Counted from the stretch's first letter, positions 28,934-37,742 are shown. The stretch is DNA of 64,000 nt from Chitinophagales bacterium (GCA_038244655.1 JBBRTG010000010.1:12303-76302); one strand, 5' to 3'. Numbers and translations are program-made. The notes: generated from the sequence alone by a model not told the origin.

Positions 28934-30472
28934 CTATTCGGGATTACTTAAATAATTTATTAGCTCATTAAAATTTCTTCTGACTTCCAATTGTGTTTTT
29001 GCTCCGCTTTCTCTTGCAAGAACTTCTGAAAGTCCGAATGCTGCTGCAATGCGAAGTATCGGTTCAATCTTATTGCTGTCAACTCCTGTAAACTCTACCA
29101 TGAACGGATGAGTTAATGATAAACGAATTCCTACTTGCCGAATAGAAGTATTATTTGATTTCTCTTTTATCAAGTGGTCGCCAACTTCAATCAATTCTTT
29201 TAGTGAGGGATCATACGAAAGCTCAATTGAAATATTCCATGTCATTTTGTTGAAACGAACTTCAAACTCACGATGAATTGTTTTTTCTGTTTTGCTTAAC
29301 TCTTGTTTTTCTTCTGCTACTACTGGATTCTCTCGCAACTCTGTCAATGCTTCAGGAACTTTCTTTTCTAATTCATCAACGGTCTCATCCAATGCTTTTT
29401 TTGCTGCCTTGTATTCTTTCTCGGTTGCTCTCACTCTGTATTTCTCTGCTTGTTGTAGCAATGGAAAATCCTTGTGTTCTAATTCGTCTCTCAAACATTG
29501 CAGAAATACTTCTAAGTTTTCATCCCATTTAATTCCCTTCTTGGTGAAGATTACTTCAAAACCCTCAAGGTGTAATTCGCCAAATACTCTTTGATACCGA
29601 AAGCTATTTGGGTTTCCGAAAATATATTCAGGCCTAAAACCATTATCAAAACTTCCTTCTATTACTCTGCCTCTACGAAATAATGCAAAGCCCGCTTCTG
29701 ATGTTGACGCTTTCTCTCTGATTGCAACAAATCCATTAACACTCAAACCGTCATGGACTGGAAAATTTATTTCTTTTCTCCATACGATTGCTTCTCCCTT
29801 CGGCTCACTATATTTCGGTGCTTTCAGAATTTTTGGCTCTTGATAATTCAATTCTTCATTGTCAACTTTCAGAATCAAAATTCCATTGCGAATAAATTCT
29901 CTATAAATACTTTTCAAGTGATCTTTCACTTTACCAAGTCCTCTTCGTCTCGGCATCTTATTTACATTACTTAATTCAATGATTGTATAGTGATGATTTT
30001 TGATTGCAATTTTTGTTTCAACTTCTAATTCTTCAATTTTCTTTTCAAAGATTTTTTTCATGTTGAAATGAACTGACTTCTCTACTGTTTCTCCCAATGC
30101 TTTTGTTCTTACTGTCCATTCATCGGAAAACCAACATGCCGCTGATTTCATTCCCATTCCAAATTCTGATAAACCACTGGTATCCGGTGGCGCCTCTGCT
30201 GCTTGAAATGCTCTCTCATAATCGGTATCACTGATTCCTGCGGCATTATCTCTAATTGTAATTTTATTTTCAACATCGTTAATTTCAATCTTTACTTCAA
30301 GTTTAAAATCTTTTCCATTTACAGCTTTTAACTCTTTTTCATTTAAAAGATAACTGGAAATGGCATTGTCAACGAATTCAGCTAAAGCAAACCATGTTTC
30401 ATATTCCAAAAATTTTAGAACAGAAAGTATAGTAGTTTGTGGACGTATGTTAATTTTATTATACAACTTCAT
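28934..30472 (-). CDS. GHKL-superfamily ATPase (HATPase_c_3 / MutL-MORC-like)
   Basis: 512 aa. Bergerat-fold motifs: N-box EFVDN (30365-30379), G1 IRDNAAGI, G2 SEFGMGMKSA. The C-terminal ~300 aa has no motif I recognise, apart from a coiled-coil-like stretch. Confidence 0.85.
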   Translation of the reverse strand: MKLYNKINIRPQTTILSVLKFLEYETWFALAEFVDNAISSYLLNEKELKAVNGKDFKLEVKIEINDVENKITIRDNAAGISDTDYERAFQAAEAPPDTSGLSEFGMGMKSAACWFSDEWTVRTKALGETVEKSVHFNMKKIFEKKIEELEVETKIAIKNHHYTIIELSNVNKMPRRRGLGKVKDHLKSIYREFIRNGILILKVDNEELNYQEPKILKAPKYSEPKGEAIVWRKEINFPVHDGLSVNGFVAIREKASTSEAGFALFRRGRVIEGSFDNGFRPEYIFGNPNSFRYQRVFGELHLEGFEVIFTKKGIKWDENLEVFLQCLRDELEHKDFPLLQQAEKYRVRATEKEYKAAKKALDETVDELEKKVPEALTELRENPVVAEEKQELSKTEKTIHREFEVRFNKMTWNISIELSYDPSLKELIEVGDHLIKEKSNNTSIRQVGIRLSLTHPFMVEFTGVDSNKIEPILRIAAAFGLSEVLARESGAKTQLEVRRNFNELINYLSNPE

Positions 30473-31814
30473 GCTGATACATTATTAAATCATTCTGATG
30501 TTTCTTAACTAAATTGTTATTTGCTTTTTTATTGATAATTAATTTTTCAGCAATCAACTTAACAATTTTTGCATTTACAGCATTTCCTAATGCTTTAAAA
30601 GATTCATTTTCATTATCAAATAATTTCAATCCTTCCAAAGATTGTAGCCTTAATGCTTCTTCCTTTGTAATATACCTGTCTTCCCAACCAATAATAGGAA
30701 TTTGTGTAGAAGGAACAACTAATGAAGGAAAGCAATCAGCTTTCTTTATTCTTATCCCAGATGCTCTAAATTGTAAAATATAATTTGTAATTACTCTTTC
30801 CGCAGCTCCTACATTCCATTCAAGTTTTTGCCAGCTTTGTGAAGGTAATTTTGAAATTTCTTGAACTACTGATTCAACATGCTTTTTATTTTCATCATAA
30901 AATTTTCTGTTTTGATTAATCCATTTTTTTTTCCATTCAGGAAATTTCTTTTTCGTTCTTGCATAGCTTGGTAATGATTTTAGTTGCTCCCTTTTTATCA
31001 AACCTTTCAAACTAATTCCAAAGTTTCCTTTTTGCTCTCCTAATTCACCTACTTTCATGTGATATGGAACTATATCATCAAATGTATAGGTAGCTCCGAA
31101 CTCCATACCCCATATAGGAAATCCTGGTATACTAATTTCTTGTGGTATATTATTAATAAATTCCTGCCAGAGTTTTATGCAATCCATATATCGCTTGGGG
31201 ACCTTCTTTGCTCCTTGTGGATTTTCCTCTATAAATTGTTTAATGTCGAAAGAGTTTACTTTAAATCTATCTACCTCATCGAAGCTAAAATGATCTAACC
31301 CCTCAAGGCTTCCGGCTATAAAGATTCTTTTTCTGTGTTGTGGAATTCCAAATTGATGAGGAGAATATTCTTTATGTGCAATTTTATAGCGTAACCCATT
31401 GGATAATTTTGTTTCCAGTTTTTTTACAATATATTCCCAAGTGCTTTTATTATTATGATATTGAATGAAAGGAACATTTTCTAAAATAAAGTATTTAGGA
31501 CGATGCCACTTAATAATCTTTAATATTTCATCAAACAAAGTTCCTCTTTCAATATCCATCATACCTTCTTGCTTTCCAGCATGAGAAAAGGGCTGACATG
31601 GAAAACCGGCACAGAGTATATCGTGCGTAGGAATTGAATAAATTTTTTCCTCTACAATTCCTCTAATATCACCGACTGGCTCTATACCCCAATTTTCCTT
31701 ATAAAGCTTTCGTAATTGCGAATTGATTTCACTTGCAAAAACACACTCATGTCCTAATTCATGTAGGGCTTTGTGAAAGCCGCCCAATCCAGCAAATAAA
31801 TCAATAAATTTCAT
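30459..31814 (-). CDS. dcm: DNA (cytosine-5)-methyltransferase
   Basis: 451 aa. Motif I FAGLGG, motif IV GFPCQPFS, motif VI ENV, motif VIII QHRKRIFI, a long variable region, and motif X GNAV. Confidence 0.93.
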   Translation of the reverse strand: MKFIDLFAGLGGFHKALHELGHECVFASEINSQLRKLYKENWGIEPVGDIRGIVEEKIYSIPTHDILCAGFPCQPFSHAGKQEGMMDIERGTLFDEILKIIKWHRPKYFILENVPFIQYHNNKSTWEYIVKKLETKLSNGLRYKIAHKEYSPHQFGIPQHRKRIFIAGSLEGLDHFSFDEVDRFKVNSFDIKQFIEENPQGAKKVPKRYMDCIKLWQEFINNIPQEISIPGFPIWGMEFGATYTFDDIVPYHMKVGELGEQKGNFGISLKGLIKREQLKSLPSYARTKKKFPEWKKKWINQNRKFYDENKKHVESVVQEISKLPSQSWQKLEWNVGAAERVITNYILQFRASGIRIKKADCFPSLVVPSTQIPIIGWEDRYITKEEALRLQSLEGLKLFDNENESFKALGNAVNAKIVKLIAEKLIINKKANNNLVKKHQNDLIMYQHEVV

Positions 31815-32245
31815 TTATGGTCTATTATTATTTTGTTAAGTAGCTTGCCCAAAGTATTTTCTTGTTTTGTTTTTTCAAGTTCACATTCCCAAACTGTAAG
31901 AACTTTCCAATCCAATTTGCTTAATAGTTTTTCATTTATTTTATCCCTTTCAACATTCCTTAAAATTTTTGGTATCCAGTAGTTTGTATTGCTCTTTGGC
32001 ATTTTATTGTATTTGCAATTTTTATGAGCATGCCAAAAACAACCATTTACAAAAACTACAGTTTTATATTTTGGAAGAACAATATCAGGATTACCTGATA
32101 AATTTTTTTTGTGAATTTTAAATCTTAGACCATTCTTAAATAAAAAACTGCGAACAAGTAATTCAGGTTTTGTGTTTGTCTTCCTGATTTTACTCATTAC
32201 TTCGCTTCTTTTCTCTTTTGTAAATACATCCTTCATTGTGTTCAA
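31811..32245 (-). CDS. vsr: very short patch repair endonuclease
   Basis: 144 aa. RSEVMSKIRKTNTKPELLVRSFLFKNGLRF...PDIVLPKYKTVVFVNGCFWHAH is the Vsr signature. 4-nt overlap with dcm. Confidence 0.92.
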   Translation of the reverse strand: MNTMKDVFTKEKRSEVMSKIRKTNTKPELLVRSFLFKNGLRFKIHKKNLSGNPDIVLPKYKTVVFVNGCFWHAHKNCKYNKMPKSNTNYWIPKILRNVERDKINEKLLSKLDWKVLTVWECELEKTKQENTLGKLLNKIIIDHK

Positions 32246-32364
32246 AGATATTGAAATAGAGAGTGCAAGATTGGTTCTTTTTACTTTTATATTGTATTAA
32301 TTATGCGTTCTTCACCAACAACTTTTTGATCATTCATTTTGCAAGTGAAAATAACTGAAGGCAA

Positions 32365-32395
32365 TAAAAAAAACCATTCAATCTCCTGAATGGTT
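32365..32395 (-). terminator. rho-independent terminator after tRNA-Pro
   Basis: Minus-strand reading: aaccattca-ggagat-tgaatggtt followed by T9, a few nt downstream of the tRNA-Pro 3' end. Confidence 0.75.
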
Positions 32396-32402
32396 CTTCT
32401 TG

Positions 32403-32477
32403 TCGGGGCGGCAAGATTCGAACTTGCGACCTCCACATCCCAAATGTGGCGCGATGACCGGGCTACGCTACGCCCCG
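32403..32477 (-). tRNA. tRNA-Pro (anticodon UGG)
   Basis: 75 nt, folded by hand. Acceptor CGGGGCG/CGCCCCG, anticodon stem CCACA/TGTGG with loop TTTGGGA, T-arm GCAAG-TTCGAAT-CTTGC. CCA is not encoded. Confidence 0.9.
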
Positions 32478-32512
32478 AAATTTATTCCTTATACAAATCA
32501 GGCCAAGGTTTG

Positions 32513-32601
32513 CGGAGAGGGTGGGAGTCGAACCCACGGTACAGTTTAACCCGTACGACGATTTAGCAAACCGTTCCTTTCGGCCACTCAGGCACCTCTC
32601 C
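32513..32601 (-). tRNA. tRNA-Ser (anticodon GCU)
   Basis: 89 nt. Acceptor GGAGAGG/CCTCTCC, anticodon loop TTGCTAA, long variable arm with a GTAC/GTAC stem, T-arm GTGGG-TTCGACT-CCCAC. Confidence 0.9.
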
Positions 32602-32780
32602 TAATTAATTTATTAAGGGGTGGCAAAAGTAAGATTACAAATTGAAAATTAAAAATTAATAATTAAGAAAGAGGCCCTTGGAAATTACAACTCAAGAAGA
32701 TTACAAAATGATAAAAATGAAAATGAATTCACAATGCTAAAATGTAAAGTACAAATGCTGATTTTTTGTGAATTGTTTAC

Positions 32781-32808
32781 CTCCCTCTCCTTCGGAGAAG
32801 GTGAGGTT
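32781..32808. repeat. REP-like hairpin repeat, copy R4 (short, inverted orientation)
   Basis: ctccctctccttcggagaaggtgaggtt, ending 1 nt before the dnaA stop codon. Confidence 0.65.
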
Positions 32809-32809
32809 C

Positions 32810-34243
32810 TTACATAGCAGCTAACTGCACCTTTTGCTGAAGCTCAATTACGCTTTCTTTAAACAAGGTATCGGTGTCCATAAGATCTTTAACCGTTTGG
32901 CAACTATGAATAACTGTAGTATGGTCGCGGCCGCCAAAATGCTCACCGATTGTTTTTAATGAATTTTTTGTAAATGCTTTTGCAAGGAACATAGAGATTT
33001 GCCTTGCCTGTACTATTTCGCGTTTGCGTGTTTTTTGTAACAGCTTTTCATAAGGCACGTCAAAATAATCGCATACCATTTTTTGAATAGTATCTATGGT
33101 TATTTCTTTTGATGATGATTTAATAAAATTTCTCAAAACTTTTTTTGCTAATTCAAGATCTATTTCCCGTTTATTTAGCGAAGATTGTGCCAACAGGGAA
33201 ATCAAAGCGCCTTCAAGTTCGCGAATATTATTCTGAATATTATATGCAATGTATTTCACCACTTCTTTAGGCATCTCCAGCCCGTCGTTCTTCATTTTCT
33301 TTTCAAGAATTTCAATCTTGGTATCATAATCAGGTATCTGCAAATCGGCGCTAAGTCCCCAGCGAAAACGGCTGAGCAATCTTTCCTGCACACCTTCCAA
33401 ATCTTTTGGCGGCTTATCTGAAGTAAGAATTAATTGCTTGCCGCTTTGGTGCAAATGATTAAAGATAGCAAAGAATGCATCCTGTGATTTTTCTGCACGG
33501 TTAAAAAACTGAACATCATCAATTATCAATACATCTATCAATTGATAAAAATGTATAAAATCATTTATAGCATTGTTGCGGCCGTGATCAACAAACTGGT
33601 TAATGAATTTCTCGGAGCTTACATACAATACCACTTTATTATTGTGAAGCCTTTTTACTTCATTGCCTATTGCTTGTGCAAGATGCGTTTTTCCAAGCCC
33701 AACGCCGCCATATATTACCAATGGATTGAATGAAGTAGAACCAGGTTTTTCTGCTACAGTTTTTCCTGCACGCCTTGCAACACGGTTACAATCGCCTTCA
33801 ACAAAAACATCAAATACATACACAGGATTTAACTGCGAATCTATCTGCATTTTTTTAAGCCCCGGAATTACAAAAGGATTTTTAACAGGATTATTTATAA
33901 CCAATGGGAAATCCATTTCATTATTTGAATATGATTTATATCCCTGCCCTGGAATGTCCATCATCAAAGGTTTATTATTGCTGTTGCCGCTGTCTACCAT
34001 AATGCGATATTCAAGTCGTGCCTCTTTACCCAATTCTCTTTTTAATGTTTTTGCAATCAGGTTTACATAATGCTCCTCAATATACTCATAAAAAAACTGG
34101 CTGGGTACCTGTATGGTTAATTTTTTTTCTTTTAATAAAACAGGAGAGATAGGCTCGAACCAGGTTTTGTAATGTTGCCATTCCACTATATCCTTTATAA
34201 TATTAAGACAATTATGCCAAACTGTTTCGCAAGCTTTATCCAT
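32810..34243 (-). CDS. dnaA: chromosomal replication initiator protein DnaA
   Basis: 477 aa. AAA+ Walker A GGVGLGKTHL, Walker B LIIDDVQF, and a C-terminal DNA-binding domain (GGRDHTTVIHSCQ). Confidence 0.98.
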   Translation of the reverse strand: MDKACETVWHNCLNIIKDIVEWQHYKTWFEPISPVLLKEKKLTIQVPSQFFYEYIEEHYVNLIAKTLKRELGKEARLEYRIMVDSGNSNNKPLMMDIPGQGYKSYSNNEMDFPLVINNPVKNPFVIPGLKKMQIDSQLNPVYVFDVFVEGDCNRVARRAGKTVAEKPGSTSFNPLVIYGGVGLGKTHLAQAIGNEVKRLHNNKVVLYVSSEKFINQFVDHGRNNAINDFIHFYQLIDVLIIDDVQFFNRAEKSQDAFFAIFNHLHQSGKQLILTSDKPPKDLEGVQERLLSRFRWGLSADLQIPDYDTKIEILEKKMKNDGLEMPKEVVKYIAYNIQNNIRELEGALISLLAQSSLNKREIDLELAKKVLRNFIKSSSKEITIDTIQKMVCDYFDVPYEKLLQKTRKREIVQARQISMFLAKAFTKNSLKTIGEHFGGRDHTTVIHSCQTVKDLMDTDTLFKESVIELQQKVQLAAM

Positions 34244-34663
34244 TTTTCTGCAAGCCTTTATTTGATTTTTAGATACATCCGCTTCCTGGAGGTTACTTAA
34301 AAAATTGATACAAAAATTATTTGTAAGTATTTTATAAGTAAGACAGCGAATATCAAAATAATTTGTTGAAAAAAAAATTTTTTATTCTTTGTTTTTATCA
34401 CGATAAAAACAGTATAGTACTTTTAAAAAAAAAAACAATTTTGTTACTTATTTCAAAAGAATTTTTAATAAGTACGTCCACATTGGCTTACAGGAAAATT
34501 GCGTAATTTTTTGCATAATCTTTTAAGCATTTGCAAAAAAAATTGAACTTAAAAACTTAATTTAAAATAAAATTAAATGTGCAAAACATTTTTTGGGGTT
34601 ACAGGCTAATGAAGTTGCTTTTAAAATAAATGACTATACCTTTAAAAAAATAAATTATAAAAC

Positions 34664-35053
34664 ATGAGTTATGAATTAACAGGAAAACTGTTGGAAAAAT
34701 TTGAACCCATTCAACGCACAGAAACTTTTAAGGTACGTGAATTCGTTGTTGAAAAATCTGAAGATATTAATGGTAAAACCATTACCAACTATATTAAATT
34801 TCAATGTGTGCAGGATCGTACCAATATTGTTGATCGCGTAAATAAGGGTGACGAGATAAAAGTGTATTTTAATATTAAAGGAAGCAAGTGGGATAAAGAT
34901 GGTAAAACTTCATATTTCAGCAATCTTGATGCATGGCGTATAGAACAAATTTTACAAGCCGGCAAAGAAGCATCGTCTGATGATGATCATCTTGAACCGC
35001 TTGATACGTTTACTTCTTCCTCACAGGATGCTATTGATGATCTCCCGTTTTAG
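34664..35053 (+). CDS. DUF3127 domain protein
   Basis: 129 aa. MSYELTGKLLEKFEPIQRTETFKVREFVVE...YIKFQCVQDR is typical of the Bacteroidota DUF3127 OB-fold-like family. Confidence 0.75.
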   Translation: MSYELTGKLLEKFEPIQRTETFKVREFVVEKSEDINGKTITNYIKFQCVQDRTNIVDRVNKGDEIKVYFNIKGSKWDKDGKTSYFSNLDAWRIEQILQAGKEASSDDDHLEPLDTFTSSSQDAIDDLPF

Positions 35054-35096
35054 AATCCCACTAACTTAAAAAGTTTCAGGATAAAAACCTGGCACT

Positions 35097-36698
35097 ATGC
35101 AGCAAAAAATTTCTCTTACACTTCTTCCTCATGAAGCAGCAAACCATGTTTCTGTTATAGAAAATATAGCGAAAGCAACCGGAAAAAAAATCAATGAAAT
35201 TACCGGATATTATATACTCAAAAAATCAATGGATGCCCGAAGCAAAATCATTTGGATAAATCTTAATATACATGTATTTATTAATGAGCCATTTCAACAA
35301 CGTGCATTACAAAAATTTAATTTTAAAGATGTAAGTACCTCTCAAAAAAAAGTTGTTATAATTGGTGCCGGCCCTGCTGGTTTATTTGCAACTTTACAAC
35401 TTATTGAGCTTGGCATAAAACCTGTAATTCTTGAAAGAGGAAAAGATGTAAGATCACGCCGAAGAGATCTTGCCTTATTAAATAAAAAAGGAATTATAAA
35501 CCCTGAAAGTAATTATTGTTTTGGTGAAGGCGGTGCAGGTACTTACAGTGATGGAAAATTATACACCCGCAGCACCAAGCGTGGAAATGTTGATCGCATT
35601 TTAAATTTGTTTGTTCATTTTGGCGCAGATGAAAACATATTGTATGAAGCACACCCGCACATAGGAACCAATAAATTACCAGCCATCATAACGGCTATGC
35701 GTAAACGAATTCTTGATTGCGGCGGGGAGATTCATTTCAATAAAAAAGTTATTGATTTAATAATAAAAAATAATACACTTAATGCTATTGCCACTGCAGA
35801 TGGCGATGTATTCACAGCAGATTCATTTATACTTGCTACCGGCCATTCTGCACGCGACATTTATATTTTACTGAATGAAAAGCAATTGTCAATTATTGCA
35901 AAGCCATTTGCTTTAGGTGTAAGAATTGAACATCCTCAATCATTAATAAATAATATTCAATATAGAAAAGGAGTTGAAACAGAACTTCCGCCTGCTACTT
36001 ACAGTCTTGTTGACCAGGTTGACAATCGTGGTGTATTTTCTTTTTGCATGTGCCCCGGAGGTATTATTGCCCCGGCAGCAACCAATGCAGGTGAAATTGT
36101 AGTAAACGGATGGAGCCCCTCAAAAAGAAATAATCCTTTTGCCAACAGCGGCATGGTGGTACAAACAGAAATTGAGGATGTAATTAAAACAATAAACAAC
36201 TGGCAATTGGCAATAGACAAAGATTCGCCTTTGTTGATGATGTATTTTCAAAAAGAAATTGAAGAAAAATCTTTTATTGCCGGTGGCGGAAATTTTGTTG
36301 CACCTGCACAACGCATGATTGATTTTGTTGAAAATAAAATTTCATCTTCGTTACCTAAATGCTCTTACATACCCGGCGTTCAATCATCATCGCTAAAAGA
36401 AATATTACCACCTTTTATAAATATTCGTTTGCAAACAGCATTGAAATTTTTTAACAAAAAAATGCCTGCAAGAAATGGCCATTGCGGTTATTATACTAAC
36501 GAAGCTGTGCTGGTAGCCACTGAAAGCCGTACCTCTTCGCCGGTAAGAATACCGCGTGACAGTGAATTGCTTCATCATCCGCAATTAAAAAATTTTTTTC
36601 CATGTGGTGAAGGTGCAGGCTACGCAGGTGGCATTGTGAGCGCTGCTATTGACGGAGAAAGAGTAGCGAAAAAATTAGCTAATTCGATAATGTGCTAA
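35097..36698 (+). CDS. NAD(P)/FAD-dependent oxidoreductase (uncharacterised FAD-dependent dehydrogenase family)
   Basis: 533 aa. Dinucleotide-binding motif VVIIGAGPAGLFA...LERG at residue ~85. Confidence 0.75.
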   Translation: MQQKISLTLLPHEAANHVSVIENIAKATGKKINEITGYYILKKSMDARSKIIWINLNIHVFINEPFQQRALQKFNFKDVSTSQKKVVIIGAGPAGLFATLQLIELGIKPVILERGKDVRSRRRDLALLNKKGIINPESNYCFGEGGAGTYSDGKLYTRSTKRGNVDRILNLFVHFGADENILYEAHPHIGTNKLPAIITAMRKRILDCGGEIHFNKKVIDLIIKNNTLNAIATADGDVFTADSFILATGHSARDIYILLNEKQLSIIAKPFALGVRIEHPQSLINNIQYRKGVETELPPATYSLVDQVDNRGVFSFCMCPGGIIAPAATNAGEIVVNGWSPSKRNNPFANSGMVVQTEIEDVIKTINNWQLAIDKDSPLLMMYFQKEIEEKSFIAGGGNFVAPAQRMIDFVENKISSSLPKCSYIPGVQSSSLKEILPPFINIRLQTALKFFNKKMPARNGHCGYYTNEAVLVATESRTSSPVRIPRDSELLHHPQLKNFFPCGEGAGYAGGIVSAAIDGERVAKKLANSIMC

Positions 36699-36722
36699 TG
36701 TGCCAATTGACTAAATCAATAT
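36675..36722. repeat. degenerate octamer tandem array (nnnnnTAA, 6 units)
   Basis: ttagctaa ttcgataa tgtgctaa tgtgccaa ttgactaa atcaatat. It overlaps the last codons and the stop of the FAD-oxidoreductase gene. Confidence 0.6.
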
Positions 36723-36770
36723 CTTTTATTGAACATTTCCTTGATATTTGCAATTATCAATTGCTAATAC

Positions 36771-36810
36771 ATTAGCAAATTAGCATATTATCAAATCAGC
36801 ACATTAAATT
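36771..36810. repeat. degenerate octamer tandem array (attagcaa-like, 5 units)
   Basis: attagcaa attagcat attatcaa atcagcac attaaatt. It ends 2 nt before the ABC ATPase start codon. Confidence 0.6.
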
Positions 36811-36812
36811 TT

Positions 36813-37742
36813 ATGAACATACTCGAATTACAGGATCTTAAAAAATATTATGCCACGCAAAAGGCTGTGGATGATGTAAGCTTCTCTATCCCGCAAGGAA
36901 GCATCTTTGGGTTACTGGGACCTAACGGTGCCGGCAAGACGACATTACTAAGAATGATAACAGGAATATTTTATCCTGATAGCGGTAACATTTTATTTGA
37001 AGGAAAAAAATTTGATCCTGTTAATGATATTTCTAAAATTGGTTACATGCCTGAAGAAAGAGGATTGTATAAAAAAATGAAAATCGGTGAGCAGGCTTTA
37101 TACCTTGCCATGCTGAAGGGAATGAACCGCCAGGATGCTATGAAAAAAATAAAAGAGTGGTTTGTAAAATTTGAAATGCAAAGCTGGTGGAATAAAAAAG
37201 TAGATGACTTAAGTAAAGGCATGAGCCAAAAGCTGCAGTTTGTAATAACTGTTTTGCATGAGCCGCAGCTTTTGATTCTTGATGAGCCTTTTAGCGGGCT
37301 CGATCCGGTAAATAGTAATTTAATTAAAGATGAAATTTTTAAACTTTCGCAAAAGGGTACGACCATTATTTTTAGCACACACAGGATGGAACAGGTAGAA
37401 GAAATTTGTAACAATATTGTATTGATAAATAAGGGTAAAAAAATTTTAGATGGAAGTGTAAAACAAATAAAGTACAACTGCAAAGAAAATATTTTTAAAG
37501 TTGGGTTCGATGAAATTCCGCAACCATTCGACAATAACATTTTTGAAATAGTTCATTCAAAAGATAGTTTTCTAACCGTAAAAATTAATGATAATTATAA
37601 ACCCGCTGATGTATTGCAGCAATTTTTATCGCAACGGGCCAGCATTATTTCTTTCAACGAAATATTACCATCACTTAATGATATTTTTATAAAGAAGGTT
37701 GAGGATACAAAGCTCGCAAGGCAATTTGAAACGGTACAATAA
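36813..37742 (+). CDS. ABC transporter ATP-binding protein (ABC-2/NatA-like)
   Basis: 309 aa. Walker A GPNGAGKTT, signature LSKGMSQK, Walker B LLILDEPFSGLD. Confidence 0.92.
   Translation: MNILELQDLKKYYATQKAVDDVSFSIPQGSIFGLLGPNGAGKTTLLRMITGIFYPDSGNILFEGKKFDPVNDISKIGYMPEERGLYKKMKIGEQALYLAMLKGMNRQDAMKKIKEWFVKFEMQSWWNKKVDDLSKGMSQKLQFVITVLHEPQLLILDEPFSGLDPVNSNLIKDEIFKLSQKGTTIIFSTHRMEQVEEICNNIVLINKGKKILDGSVKQIKYNCKENIFKVGFDEIPQPFDNNIFEIVHSKDSFLTVKINDNYKPADVLQQFLSQRASIISFNEILPSLNDIFIKKVEDTKLARQFETVQ

Noticed and set aside
32246-32262. TATCTTTG, a Bacteroidota -7-box-like motif, just upstream of the vsr start.
   Set aside because: It lies only 4 nt from the ATG. A transcript starting about 7 nt downstream of it would begin inside the coding region, so it cannot be called the operon promoter without data.
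32602-32809. Alternative oriC or DnaA-box cluster between tRNA-Ser and the dnaA 3' end. It includes the repeated (a)agattacaaa words and the TGTGAATTG / AATTCACAA pair.
   Set aside because: Matches to TTATCCACA are only about 6 of 9 in very AT-rich sequence. There is no strand-bias switch here, because the genes on both sides are on the minus strand.
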